Shown here in pieces: positions 29,251 through 39,524 of a stretch of DNA of 64,000 nucleotides. Positions within the stretch are counted from its first letter, which is position 1. Each line of letters starts with the position of its first letter. Location of the stretch: the IMG/VR virus record IMGVR_UViG_3300020084_000003, positions 124,001-188,000 of that record; one strand, given 5' to 3'. The notes below the pieces were generated by a model. The model saw only the letters and a list, made by a program, of their open reading frames with translations. It ran no database searches and had not been told where the DNA came from. The position numbers were made by a program, and so were the translations under genes.

Positions 29251-29607
29251 TCAAACAATCTGCCAGACGTGGAAGGCATTATCGCGCAGATTGCGCTCAA
29301 ACCCATAACCATTATCGGTTGCACATGCTTCCCAGAAGTCAAGTTCACGAGAAGAAATATCTTCCGGGTTGACTGCAAGGAGGTATTTGTCAGCAGCAGC
29401 GACAATGGCAGCGGATGCACGATCATAGCCACCACCAGTTGCGCGGGCAGTCTCCATCTTGCGACCAAGCCAATGCACATAGGCCGTCACGCTCAAGCCG
29501 CTCTTGCTGGTATGGGTGATGATGCGGGCGACATATTCACCATTGGATTGAATGGCATAAACCGAACCACCGAGTGCGTTGGACAGTTTTTCGTAGACGT
29601 TCATCAT
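29251..29607 (-). CDS. Hypothetical phage protein (A.GGGYDR.SAA motif)
   Basis: AGGAG RBS and cassette promoter. Confidence 0.7.
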   Translation of the reverse strand: MMNVYEKLSNALGGSVYAIQSNGEYVARIITHTSKSGLSVTAYVHWLGRKMETARATGGGYDRASAAIVAAADKYLLAVNPEDISSRELDFWEACATDNGYGFERNLRDNAFHVWQIV

Positions 29608-29759
29608 TTTTCTCCTGTGCTGGTGTGATTCTCTTATGCCATAGTGAAAACGATTCTGCAAGCGAAAAGATTCCTTGACACCTTATGCCAATCCATGATA
29701 TTCTTTGGCCGTTTCCGAATCAGAAAGAGAAGGTGTGACATTTCTGCCACACCCTTTCC

Positions 29760-30125
29760 TTATCGTGCTGCAACAAAAGTGACGTTGCGCGGGGCATCAT
29801 CAATGTCATAATAACGGGTATCAACTGCCCGATAACGAATTCCGAACTTTCCTTTTGCGAAAGAAACTCCACCTTGAACCCCAAAAAAGCCCATAAAATC
29901 TTTCATGGCTTGGCGAGTCGTGGTGGTCATATAGCGGCAATGGTCAAGCGAAACCTTGATTGCACGGGGATCAGACTCAAGCTCAAACTGAGCAATTTCG
30001 GACCCATGCAGACGGCAGGAAAAGACATTGCCGCCCATGTATTCAATCGTGCGATTGTGACCAACTTTGACTTCACGACCAACCGCTTGAATTTCATCCA
30101 GCGAGATTTCTTTCATCTGAGCCAA
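29760..30125 (-). CDS. Hypothetical phage protein (LHG..IA...TxTT motif)
   Basis: AGGAG RBS and cassette promoter. Confidence 0.65.
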   Translation of the reverse strand: MAQMKEISLDEIQAVGREVKVGHNRTIEYMGGNVFSCRLHGSEIAQFELESDPRAIKVSLDHCRYMTTTTRQAMKDFMGFFGVQGGVSFAKGKFGIRYRAVDTRYYDIDDAPRNVTFVAAR

Positions 30126-30406
30126 GGTCTTATCTCCTATTTGGTGTTTCGTTGTGATTCTGTTTTAGCCTAGCCGAAGCGATTCGTCAAGCTAGAAATT
30201 CACGCACCACCGTTTTCATATCTTCAAATTTTTCAGACTGAGCTTGGAAATTGTAGCCATTAAGACTCGCAGTCCATTTGCCATGACGATTCTTGTAAAG
30301 AACCCCGATCATATCCAGATCATTATTTGCATTTTTCCAGATTGCATAGGTGCTGGCCCCATTTTCACGGGGTTGATTGTGCGAAGAAAAACTGATCTTT
30401 TTCATA

Positions 30407-30688
30407 TTAACCCTCCACAGGAATTTCAATGGAAAGAATGGTATCTTCGGGATACAATTCTTTGAAGATTTTAATGCAATCTTCAACCGTTCCATAAATG
30501 GTAGCAGTCCATTCTTTACAGTCTACATTTGCTGCAAAGAAAGTGAAAGACGAAACTGCAACGTTGTCATCATATTGGCGAACAATATGAAAACCTTTAT
30601 CTTCATTTACCATTTTATCAATGGCAGTTGAAGTCGTTTGAACCAAGAAAATGTCACAAGTGTCTTCATTGACTACAACGTATTTCAT
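30407..30688 (-). CDS. Hypothetical protein
   Basis: Cassette promoter and RBS. Confidence 0.6.
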   Translation of the reverse strand: MKYVVVNEDTCDIFLVQTTSTAIDKMVNEDKGFHIVRQYDDNVAVSSFTFFAANVDCKEWTATIYGTVEDCIKIFKELYPEDTILSIEIPVEG

Positions 30689-31445
30689 CTGATTCCCTTT
30701 CCGTTTCTGTTGTCCTCTTATGCCATCCTCAAAACGATTCGTCAAGAACTATTTTCGAATCACCAAATCTGAAAAAGCGCGGGAGAATATCATAACCTTG
30801 CAACGCAGTCAATAAAAAAGTGGTCGCTAATCATAGCGACCACCCTTGATTTTTGCCTTGTCACGCGAACGCTGCGCTTTAGCAGATTTCGTTTGCGCCC
30901 CTTGCTTTCGCACGATCAGGTGTTGCACGAAAGGGTTGCGGGGTTTGGGAAGCGATTTCTTAGCCATGACAGTCTCCGTTGTTTCGATGACTAAGATATA
31001 GATGATTCGCTTCTTATTGTCAACTACCGAATTCGTGCAACATAATAATCAATGCAACCTTGATAGTCCATCACTTCACCACTACATTCTTGCTTGGCGT
31101 ATTGCAGACGATCACCATCAGTGTAGGGCGGGACACGATCACATGCGGCAATGAAAAGAACCAGAAGACCCACGATCACGAAAGCTTTGTTCATTCTTGT
31201 TCATCCTTCTTGTTGAAGATAAAATGTTTGATGGCGAAAAGAACTCCGACAGCAAATGCTGCCATAATCAGAATAATATTATTCACCACATTCACCTTTC
31301 CATGCCCATGATTTATCTACACAAATTTCTGCATAGCCACGCTCTACTGCATCTTTTTCATACATATCCTTTGCAAGCCAAAATCCAAACAATGCTGTGC
31401 CAGCAACGAATGCAATGATGCAAATAAGATCAATGAAATCACTCA

Positions 31446-31718
31446 TCAATTTTCACCATTAATGATAGCGACCCAAGCCCCCACAGCAACAGCGATGGTC
31501 CAAAAAACAATTGCAACACAAAATGCAAGACCCATTGCAATGTGACCAAAAGTTCCAAATGTCAGGATGATGACATTGACCAGTGCGAAACTTGCAAATG
31601 GCATGAAAAGTTTGATTGGCTTTTCTTTATTATAAATCACACAGAACATGCGATATACGCCAAAGATATAAAGGATAGTCAGGATAATGAGTGCAGCAAT
31701 AACATACCATTCCATCAC
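31446..31718 (-). CDS. Small multi-TM membrane protein
   Basis: Three hydrophobic segments. Confidence 0.6.
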   Translation of the reverse strand: MMEWYVIAALIILTILYIFGVYRMFCVIYNKEKPIKLFMPFASFALVNVIILTFGTFGHIAMGLAFCVAIVFWTIAVAVGAWVAIINGEN

Positions 31719-32892
31719 TCATCTCCTTCTTCAATTGGTGCAAAATTAACTTCGTCGTATTCGTTCCAGAACCAACGAACCTTGTAACGATCAGCGATTC
31801 GTGTTGCCAATTTTTCAATCTTTTCAATGCTATCTACATCGTAGTCAACCAGATTTTCAAACTCATCTAGTGCATTCCAAGCGCATGACATTTCTTTTTC
31901 ACTCCTTTGTTTCAAAAACACTCATCTTCGGAAGCATATGCAACGACAGCATCATGACCCGCAACTTGTGCAAACTCGCAATGCGTCACATCCTTCATAG
32001 ACTTCATATACATCCTTCCACTCTTCCTGTCAAGCATTAAACAGTGGACGTTATCAGATTTCATTGGCCTCATGATTCTACCCGGAACATAAAGATTCCA
32101 ATTAAGTTTGGTAGAACCAAATGGATTAAAAGTAAAGTCAATCATAATCAATCTTATAGTCAATAATATAATACTTGGAAGAACCATTGGGACTCGGATC
32201 AATGACACGACCAGATTTAATGTCAGACTCCATGTCTTTCTTGACTCGCTCAAGAGAACTCATGGGATATGCAAGTTCAAGAGTAGTCTTGATTCCTTCA
32301 AGAATTCCAGAAACAAACTCGACGTTATAGCGAATCGTGAAGCGATCAGTCATCATAGACTCCTCTGTTGATGTTGGAATCATAATGACACATGAGTCGT
32401 CATTGGTCAAGAAGAATCTTTTCCTTGACTTCATGATGGGACTCTGATATTCTATGGGATTTTTTAAAAAACTACGACGCGAAGCGGAGAAACGAGCGAA
32501 GCGAGTTTTCATGATTCTTATAACAAATTACGATTCTATAGAATCATATAATTAAAAAACACGATTCTCATAGAGTCAAAAACGAAGCGAAGCGAAGTTT
32601 TTGACCTGACTCTTCATAGTTATCTATCTTTTATTATATCCACTTTTTCAATTTTGTCAAGATAGAAAATGAATTATGGTCAAAGAAAAGAATTATTTCC
32701 TCTTTTGTTCTATTGGTGAAGAATATTATTCTTCTTGACAGACATAACAGAGAATGATATTCTTCCTTGTTCACCATAAAAAGAAAAGGTGATTCGGAAT
32801 TTCCGAATCACCTTTGCTCATGCAAAAATCAAAATGATAATAAGCACGACTACTACTAGAGGAATACCATACATTATTTTCTCCTTTATTGT

Positions 32893-34053
32893 TTACTTAA
32901 CAAAACCCTCCATCCATGCTTGCAGTTCCTCTTGACGAGAATCTTGATTCAGAAATTTGCGAAGATGATTGTTAAATACCTCCGTCAAATCCTTGTTGTC
33001 AAATCGTGCAAAAGCAAACTGACGCATAACTGAATCCTTGTCACCATTTACCGCATAATCTTTCTTTGAAGAATACTTGGTAACTGCTTCATAGGTGTAT
33101 GCATCAACTGCATGAAACGCAGCATACTTTAGTTTGAAAAATTCTTTCTCCGTTTCGTCAACAATAGCTTTGTCAGCATCATTGAGAAGCGGAATGAAAT
33201 CATCCAGTGTCCCATCCAGAATCATTTCCCAGATATGACGTTTCTTGGTGACAGCATCCTTTGCACGATGTTTGGTCACATAATCTTCTGCCTTTACTTT
33301 ATAGTATTCATTACCAAAAGTAATGACAGCGCCCTCTGTCCCTTTCAGAACACGAATTGTTTCCAAAAACTCATCCATGTTGTGCGGGGATTGAAGAAGC
33401 GGAACACGGTCATGGTCATGCAGCCAATTGTTATTATTATGAATGTTCAGATATTCACCAGTATGATTATCTCGCAATGCAAGCAAAATCAAACGTGGTT
33501 TTTCATAAAAAACCACATGAGGATTGTTCGGGCCGACATATTCAAAAATGGGAGTATGACCCAATTCCAAATGAAATCGCACCTGATCGTATCTTTTAGA
33601 ATTATCATCGTAAAAATCTTTTCCGAAAACGTCAGGAAAATCCTTGCGAAGATTGTTGATAGTATCAGACTCACCCTTGCGAGTGGCCCAACGAATTTCT
33701 CCGTTTAGTGTTTGTTCAATCATGAAAGGACGAACCATAGAACCATCCTCTTTCACCATGATCTTATGGTCACGGCTCATGTCAATCACATTCGCCTGAG
33801 TTTCCTCTAGCTGATTGACATTGAAAAATTTGTGAAAAGGACGAGACACGATACGGCCCTCTTTGTCGAAGAGTAGCCCACGGCACTCACGACGCATTTC
33901 CCAACCTGCATGTTTTTTTGAAAAAGTCTCACCAGTATCCACAACATAGTCGATCCAAGTGTAGTCACCTTTATCAGCGACAATGATTTCATCGAACCCT
34001 TTGATATGGGGCAGAACATCGTCAATGGTATGGATGGTCGGAAACTGATACAT
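32893..34053 (-). CDS. rnlA: T4 Rnl1-family RNA ligase
   Basis: 'RECRGLLFD', 'SRPFHKFFN', motif I 'KEDGS', 'FEYVGPNN', 'EGAV', 'YKVK'. Confidence 0.9.
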   Translation of the reverse strand: MYQFPTIHTIDDVLPHIKGFDEIIVADKGDYTWIDYVVDTGETFSKKHAGWEMRRECRGLLFDKEGRIVSRPFHKFFNVNQLEETQANVIDMSRDHKIMVKEDGSMVRPFMIEQTLNGEIRWATRKGESDTINNLRKDFPDVFGKDFYDDNSKRYDQVRFHLELGHTPIFEYVGPNNPHVVFYEKPRLILLALRDNHTGEYLNIHNNNNWLHDHDRVPLLQSPHNMDEFLETIRVLKGTEGAVITFGNEYYKVKAEDYVTKHRAKDAVTKKRHIWEMILDGTLDDFIPLLNDADKAIVDETEKEFFKLKYAAFHAVDAYTYEAVTKYSSKKDYAVNGDKDSVMRQFAFARFDNKDLTEVFNNHLRKFLNQDSRQEELQAWMEGFVK

Positions 34054-34149
34054 TACAAACTCCTATTGCTTCGTTAGCTACTTCATAGCAGAACGAATCA
34101 TCTCTGTCAACATGAAAAAAGGGGCAACTTAATGCCCCTTTTCTTTAGA

Positions 34150-35340
34150 TCAATCCCACATCATTCGTTCACTGACGGGGGCAACATATGGCGAAATCTT
34201 GATAAAGACCTTGTTAACAGGGTCAGCATAGATCATGGTGCCATCATCTTCAAGTTTCTGGAAATTCTCAGACTTGGCATAGATTGAACTTGCTTGTTCA
34301 ATAAACTTATGCACAATCTTGCGAGTCTCTAGCGGAAGCTTGTTGACTTCTTTTGCATAAGGTGCTTGGTCAGAGACTTTGTATTCGGTATCAACTTCGC
34401 CCGTTTCATCACCATCTTCGTCACGCTTATACTTGAAGTAATTGTGGATATGGAAACCATAATCACCAAGATCACGAATGCGAGTATTCGTATGGCAAGG
34501 CAGTTCAAGGTTAAGCTGCTTGATGAAAATAGAAACATCATAAGTGCGCCAAGACACGTTGTCAAAGTCAGAAATGTTCAGACCTTCAATGGTATCTTTG
34601 AAAGAATTACCAAAGCGATGATATTCCTCAATGATAGCAGAAACCGAGTCAAAGCTAAGAAGAGGATTCATCTTGTGATAAATCTTGAATTCATTGATGA
34701 ATGATTCTGGTGCGGAACAATCTTTCAGGAATTCTTCTGCGGCTTCCTCTTCAACACCACGATAGCTATACTTGTAAAGAATGCGACCGGGACGCGAATG
34801 GAAATAGTCATTGACCTTGCGAGGCTCATTGACAGTCAGAATGAAAAGACGTTTCTCAGCAGACATGACACCATCAAACAGAGTCAGAAGAGAATTTTGT
34901 TGGTCATTTTCTTCAAACATCTTTTCAAATTCGTCAAGAATGTTGATGACAGGGAATTTCAGTTCATTCATGAAATCAACATAACCGCCACTGCGAACGA
35001 CATGCGGGGTCGAAATGATAACAGGAAAACCATCACCCAGAGCCATTTCTGCTACACGCTTTGCAAGAAGAGTCTTGCCCGAACCTTTGTCACCAGATAG
35101 AAGAACACCAGTAGGACGATTGCGCTGCTTGAATGAAGTCATGATTCGTTCAGCGCGGCGGTTGGTAGAACCATACAGCTTATGCGTAATAGTGAAATCA
35201 TCCGTTTGTTCAAGGAAAATGTTTCCGAACATATCTAGATGAGTCTGATATACTCCAACCGGAAGTTTCTGATGAATGGTAAAACGCTTGTCGTCACCAA
35301 TGCGATAAGTCCCGCCACTCTCAATAATAACCTTAGCCAT
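34150..35340 (-). CDS. AAA+ ATPase
   Basis: Walker A GDKGSGKT, Walker B LDEFEK, arginine finger SRPGR. Confidence 0.85.
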   Translation of the reverse strand: MAKVIIESGGTYRIGDDKRFTIHQKLPVGVYQTHLDMFGNIFLEQTDDFTITHKLYGSTNRRAERIMTSFKQRNRPTGVLLSGDKGSGKTLLAKRVAEMALGDGFPVIISTPHVVRSGGYVDFMNELKFPVINILDEFEKMFEENDQQNSLLTLFDGVMSAEKRLFILTVNEPRKVNDYFHSRPGRILYKYSYRGVEEEAAEEFLKDCSAPESFINEFKIYHKMNPLLSFDSVSAIIEEYHRFGNSFKDTIEGLNISDFDNVSWRTYDVSIFIKQLNLELPCHTNTRIRDLGDYGFHIHNYFKYKRDEDGDETGEVDTEYKVSDQAPYAKEVNKLPLETRKIVHKFIEQASSIYAKSENFQKLEDDGTMIYADPVNKVFIKISPYVAPVSERMMWD

Positions 35341-35719
35341 AATATACTTTTCCTTTTTGTTAAATTACTTCATAACCACGATCTTCAAGAGAAAAACGAA
35401 GAGCATTCTCGCAACCTTCGTCACCCTCAATATGACAAACAATTCCGTTCCCATCAAAACGAGTTCCGTAACGTGTCGCATTATAAATTTCTGCAATCTT
35501 GTTCACAGTGCGCTGAACCGCTTCAAAATGATGTTCACCAGCATTCACAATCATTGTTCATCCTTTCTCACAAGATAACCTTTTCGTGCCCAACGTAGAA
35601 TGTCAAAACCATCACCAGCTTGTTCATTCTCTGTCTGCCAACGTTCTAGCACATCGTCAATCTTCTTGTCAAGGTCTTTTTTCAGTTGGTCGCGAGAAAC
35701 AATGTGCTTTGGAGTCTTG

Positions 35720-36244
35720 TCAACCATCTTCCACACTCCCCCAATTATTGATCCAAAATTTGAAATGAGGCTGAACTTTTGCATTTTCGGGAACATCCTC
35801 CATATAATCAGCATACATGTTTTCCAAAACATATTCAGGAATAACCTTGCCGGGACGAGATGCAAGACGCTTCTTCCAGACTTCCATCTCTTCATCCGTC
35901 TTCGGTTTCTCAAAGAAAATGTAGGTGACAATATATCCCGCATCAACAAATGGTGCAATATCACGATCACGAACATGCGAATAAAGATTGGTCTTGTCCA
36001 TCACCAAATATTCAGGCTTGTATTTCAATGCATCCTGAACATGCTGCTTGTATAGTTTGTCAATCTCTTTGCCGTAAGTCTTGAATGCAAGATTGTAGTC
36101 ACAATTGTTTTGCTTGGCAAACCATTCAACAATATTGTCACGGGAAAGAACCTTTCCTTCCATGACAGTTCTTACAAGATGCTTGTTAAAATAAGTGGAC
36201 TTCCCAGACGCGGGAAGTCCAATCAATACATGTAGTTGTTTCAT
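35720..36244 (-). CDS. P-loop kinase (polynucleotide-kinase-like, AAA_33)
   Basis: 'LIGLPASGKST', 'SRD', 'DKTNL...R'. Confidence 0.8.
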   Translation of the reverse strand: MKQLHVLIGLPASGKSTYFNKHLVRTVMEGKVLSRDNIVEWFAKQNNCDYNLAFKTYGKEIDKLYKQHVQDALKYKPEYLVMDKTNLYSHVRDRDIAPFVDAGYIVTYIFFEKPKTDEEMEVWKKRLASRPGKVIPEYVLENMYADYMEDVPENAKVQPHFKFWINNWGSVEDG

Positions 36245-36702
36245 TTATCTTTTTCCAAAATCTGTTTCAATTCCCAATACCGCTTCTGATATTTGACCAT
36301 CCGCTCAATATCCTTGTCACGCATTCCTTTCAGACGGCGAAGATCAGAGTTATGAGTCAAGTCAGCCATCTTCACACGAATGGCATCAAAGTTTGTTTTC
36401 AGATTCTCATAATACTCATCTTCTGTCTGACCGGGCATCTTGGTCATGTCACTGACACCCTCAATGATCCGATCTGTGAAACCAATATCACGCATCTCAG
36501 CAAACGTCAAGTTGGAATCTTCAACAGCGTCATGAAGAAGGGCAATGCACTGCAACTCTTCATCGTCACTGTCCAAAATATTCATGACAGCCAGAGGATG
36601 CATTGCATAAGGATTGCCACCACGATCAAACTGCCCGCTGTGAGCGTTTACCATTGTGTGCAGAGCCTTTTCGAGCAGTTCGCCTTTTTTCATCTTCAAC
36701 AA
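36241..36702 (-). CDS. HD-domain RelA/SpoT-type hydrolase (small alarmone hydrolase-like)
   Basis: 'AHSGQ.DRGG.PY..HP..V', 'ALLHDAVED', 'VKMADLTHN'. Confidence 0.85.
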   Translation of the reverse strand: MLKMKKGELLEKALHTMVNAHSGQFDRGGNPYAMHPLAVMNILDSDDEELQCIALLHDAVEDSNLTFAEMRDIGFTDRIIEGVSDMTKMPGQTEDEYYENLKTNFDAIRVKMADLTHNSDLRRLKGMRDKDIERMVKYQKRYWELKQILEKDK

Positions 36703-36843
36703 CCTCTCCTAGTTCCCATATGAAAGCAAACGGATTGCTCTTCTCATAGTGATATCTACTACCCCAGAACCACAATGTCAAGTATAAAATCTCTCCGGGG
36801 CGAAAGATAATATGCAACCGCCCCGGAATGGTATAATTGATTT

Positions 36844-37173
36844 TCAATTGAAAAACTTTTTCAGAGAATCAGGAATGTCAACATCAGCCTTGCCCAGATT
36901 TTCATTCTCTTCTGCGTCACGCGCCTGTTCCAGCATGTTGACAATGGCATGGCTCATCTGAGATGCCTGAATGCACTCGCTAACACCACGGGTTGCAGCA
37001 TCAAGCAAAACAATGGTCGGAAGCGAAATGCCTTTCGGCGTATCAGCCTCATCAGCAACAGCCATCAGAAACTTTTCATAAGTCCCAAGCATGGCTTGAA
37101 GTTCAGGATAGCCAGCACAAGACTTGCGAATACCCACCATCTGTTCTTTCACTTTTGAACGAAAATCTTCCAT
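36844..37173 (-). CDS. Hypothetical protein
   Basis: ORF within the operon, with an RBS. Confidence 0.6.
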   Translation of the reverse strand: MEDFRSKVKEQMVGIRKSCAGYPELQAMLGTYEKFLMAVADEADTPKGISLPTIVLLDAATRGVSECIQASQMSHAIVNMLEQARDAEENENLGKADVDIPDSLKKFFN

Positions 37174-37175
37174 AG

Positions 37176-37580
37176 TTATACCCTTTCTTCAATTTGTTTC
37201 AAATACTCAAGAACCATGTTCACCGATTCCCGATTCGCTTCCATCTCCCACTCACGCTCAAGATAGGGGATGTGTTTCATCTTGTCAAGCTTTGCTCCAA
37301 GACCATCCCGAAGGTGTTGCTTGATATGCACACACTCATGAAACATCGTCTTCACAATGTCTCCAAGACCACGATTCCCTTCTAGCACAATCAAATAATC
37401 TGTCAATGATTCGTCAATCAACATTCCGTTCAAACCATCAGCCATGTCATCAATCAAAATGACAACAGAAATGTCAGCATGTTCAATGCCAAGATATTTG
37501 AAAGCAAACTCAGCACTGGACCGAATCTGTTCAACACGACCCTCTTCCAGACCATAATCATTGCTGATGGTAAGTTTCAT
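37176..37580 (-). CDS. Zinc metallopeptidase-like protein
   Basis: HECVH motif with a downstream 'WEMEA'. Confidence 0.75.
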   Translation of the reverse strand: MKLTISNDYGLEEGRVEQIRSSAEFAFKYLGIEHADISVVILIDDMADGLNGMLIDESLTDYLIVLEGNRGLGDIVKTMFHECVHIKQHLRDGLGAKLDKMKHIPYLEREWEMEANRESVNMVLEYLKQIEERV

Positions 37581-39524
37581 GCGTTAACTCCATAAATTTC
37601 TTTTGCACAAGCAAGGCGATGCTCTTGGCTAGAACTACCACCAATACAATTCTTCATTGCCGATTCACGTGGATCAGCAAAAATCATGAAAAACACCGAA
37701 ACCGAAAGAATCGCCAATACAATAATAACCAATACTTTATCATCCGAATCCATAGTTATTTCCTTTTCTTGACCAGAGATACATCCATGTATGTCGGTTT
37801 ATAGTCAGTCCCATGCTCACGAATGAGAAGGTTGAAACCGTCGATCTTCAAAACATCAAACCATGCCGCATCCGGTTGTTTGTTGAATGCTACAACATCA
37901 CCTACATGAATCTTCATGACAATCTCCTATGTGTTTCGCTTCGTTCCTTATAGAGTGATTCCATCTCCCTGTCAACACAACAATGATCTTGACTTCTCTC
38001 TCCCCCAAATGATATTCTCCCACGCCCCGCGAATCAAAAACGGCGTCTGTTAAGACGCCGTTGATTTTCTTCCAGTAATATAAATACCTCTTGTCGTTTG
38101 ACTTTCTCTAACTTCAAATCCATAGTTGTTATCAGTAATAATTGTATTTTTATTCAATTCTTCATAAATTTTATGAAATGATTGTCGAAACTTATTGTCA
38201 CCCATAATATGATATGCAAGAAGCGCATAAAGATCACGAGCCTCTGTCAAAGTCATTTCCAATTTGAAAGTCGGCTCACCAACCATTTCAATCTTTGCCA
38301 TTTTTGTTCCTTTCGTTTTCAATTCGCTCAACCAATTCATTGAATTCATCTTCGGTCAAATCTTCAACCGCTTCCATGAACTCCAAAATAACAGGATCAA
38401 AATCATCTTCCATCACTTATCCTTTTGCAACAAAATATTCAGTTTGATGTTGATATGGTATGCATATTGGATGATCCAAAAACATGCTGCCAAAATCGAA
38501 TACTGCCATGAAACAATAAACGAAAGAACAACAAAAACCCAAAAAGATATTTCAAAAATGGCAACCAAATTATTGTCAACCTTTACCTCGTCCATCATTC
38601 ACCCCCTCGGAAAAACATTATTATAATTCTTGGCCTGAACCATCACAGCAAGCATCGCTTTAGACATTCATACAACTCCTATACGCGGTTTCATTACAAC
38701 CCTTATAGAGTGATTCGTATCCCATGTCAACAACATTCTTCGGATTGACACAACCCCAACACTATGATATTCTCCCAAACCCCGATTCGAAAAAGAGGCC
38801 GCAATGGGCCTCAATCTTCAACCTGTTCTTCATTCTTCTTAATAGAAATAGTAATGGTATTTTCATCAGGCATATAACCATAAGAAACCTTTACTACTTG
38901 GTAAACCTCTGGATACCACGGATGAGTCCCCATAACAACTTCTTCACCAATGCGAGGAATATGAGGAAGAGAATCATATGTTCCCTTATATACTTCCTCG
39001 TCAACATCATAATAACTAATTCGCATATGTGTCTCCTATAACACGGTTTCATTACATCCCTTCTATACCGATTCTCATTCCATGTCAACAACAAAATTCA
39101 GCTTGACACAGACCCCTCAATGTGATATTCTCCCCGCCCCGTAACCCCCTGATTCGAAACCATAATTTAAAATGGTGTGAAAAACGGCCATTTTATGCGA
39201 TTTTATAGTGCAGATATACAGCTATTTGAAGATTCGTTGATTTCATTGAATAAAATATTGAATGAAATCAACGAGTAATGTTTAAATTATACCTTTTCTC
39301 GCAGAGTGCCAAGAGCGGCAATATTTGCTTCCAGATTAATATTTAATTGGGAAACACGGCGAACCTGCTCACGGGGAATGAACTCTTCCGTATAAGAACC
39401 ATCATCCTCTTTATGGAAAAGAATAACACTCTCATTATTGTAATAAAGTGAATGAACATCATAAAAGGTGTCATTAACGCCATTGGTATAATAGATTTTA
39501 TATGTGAACATATCTTATTCTCCT

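Larger units (their letters stand above)
12747..29752. repeat. About 16 copies of GTG(A/G)CATTTCTGCCAC hairpin, a terminator and/or operator
   Basis: Copies at 15488, 18048, 19724, 21211, 21546, 21944, 22504, 23239, 24609, 25192, 29222 and 29733. Variants at 12747, 23923, 26058 and 26821 (inverted). Flanks extend the stem, and a preceding A-tract fits minus-strand intrinsic terminators. Confidence 0.8.
3276..39131. promoter_or_regulatory. More than 40 sigma70-type promoters TTGAC-N17/18-(TGA)TATTCT, mostly with no downstream ORF
   Basis: Examples: 4313-4342 (+), 4392-4421 (-), 8849-8877, 10920-10948, 27539-27567 and 39103-39131. There is roughly one per cassette. Confidence 0.7.

Noticed and set aside
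3240-30850. CRISPR array or integron cassette array
   Set aside because: The repeats are separated by whole genes of variable length rather than 30-40 nt spacers. There are no cas or integrase genes and no attC-type ends.
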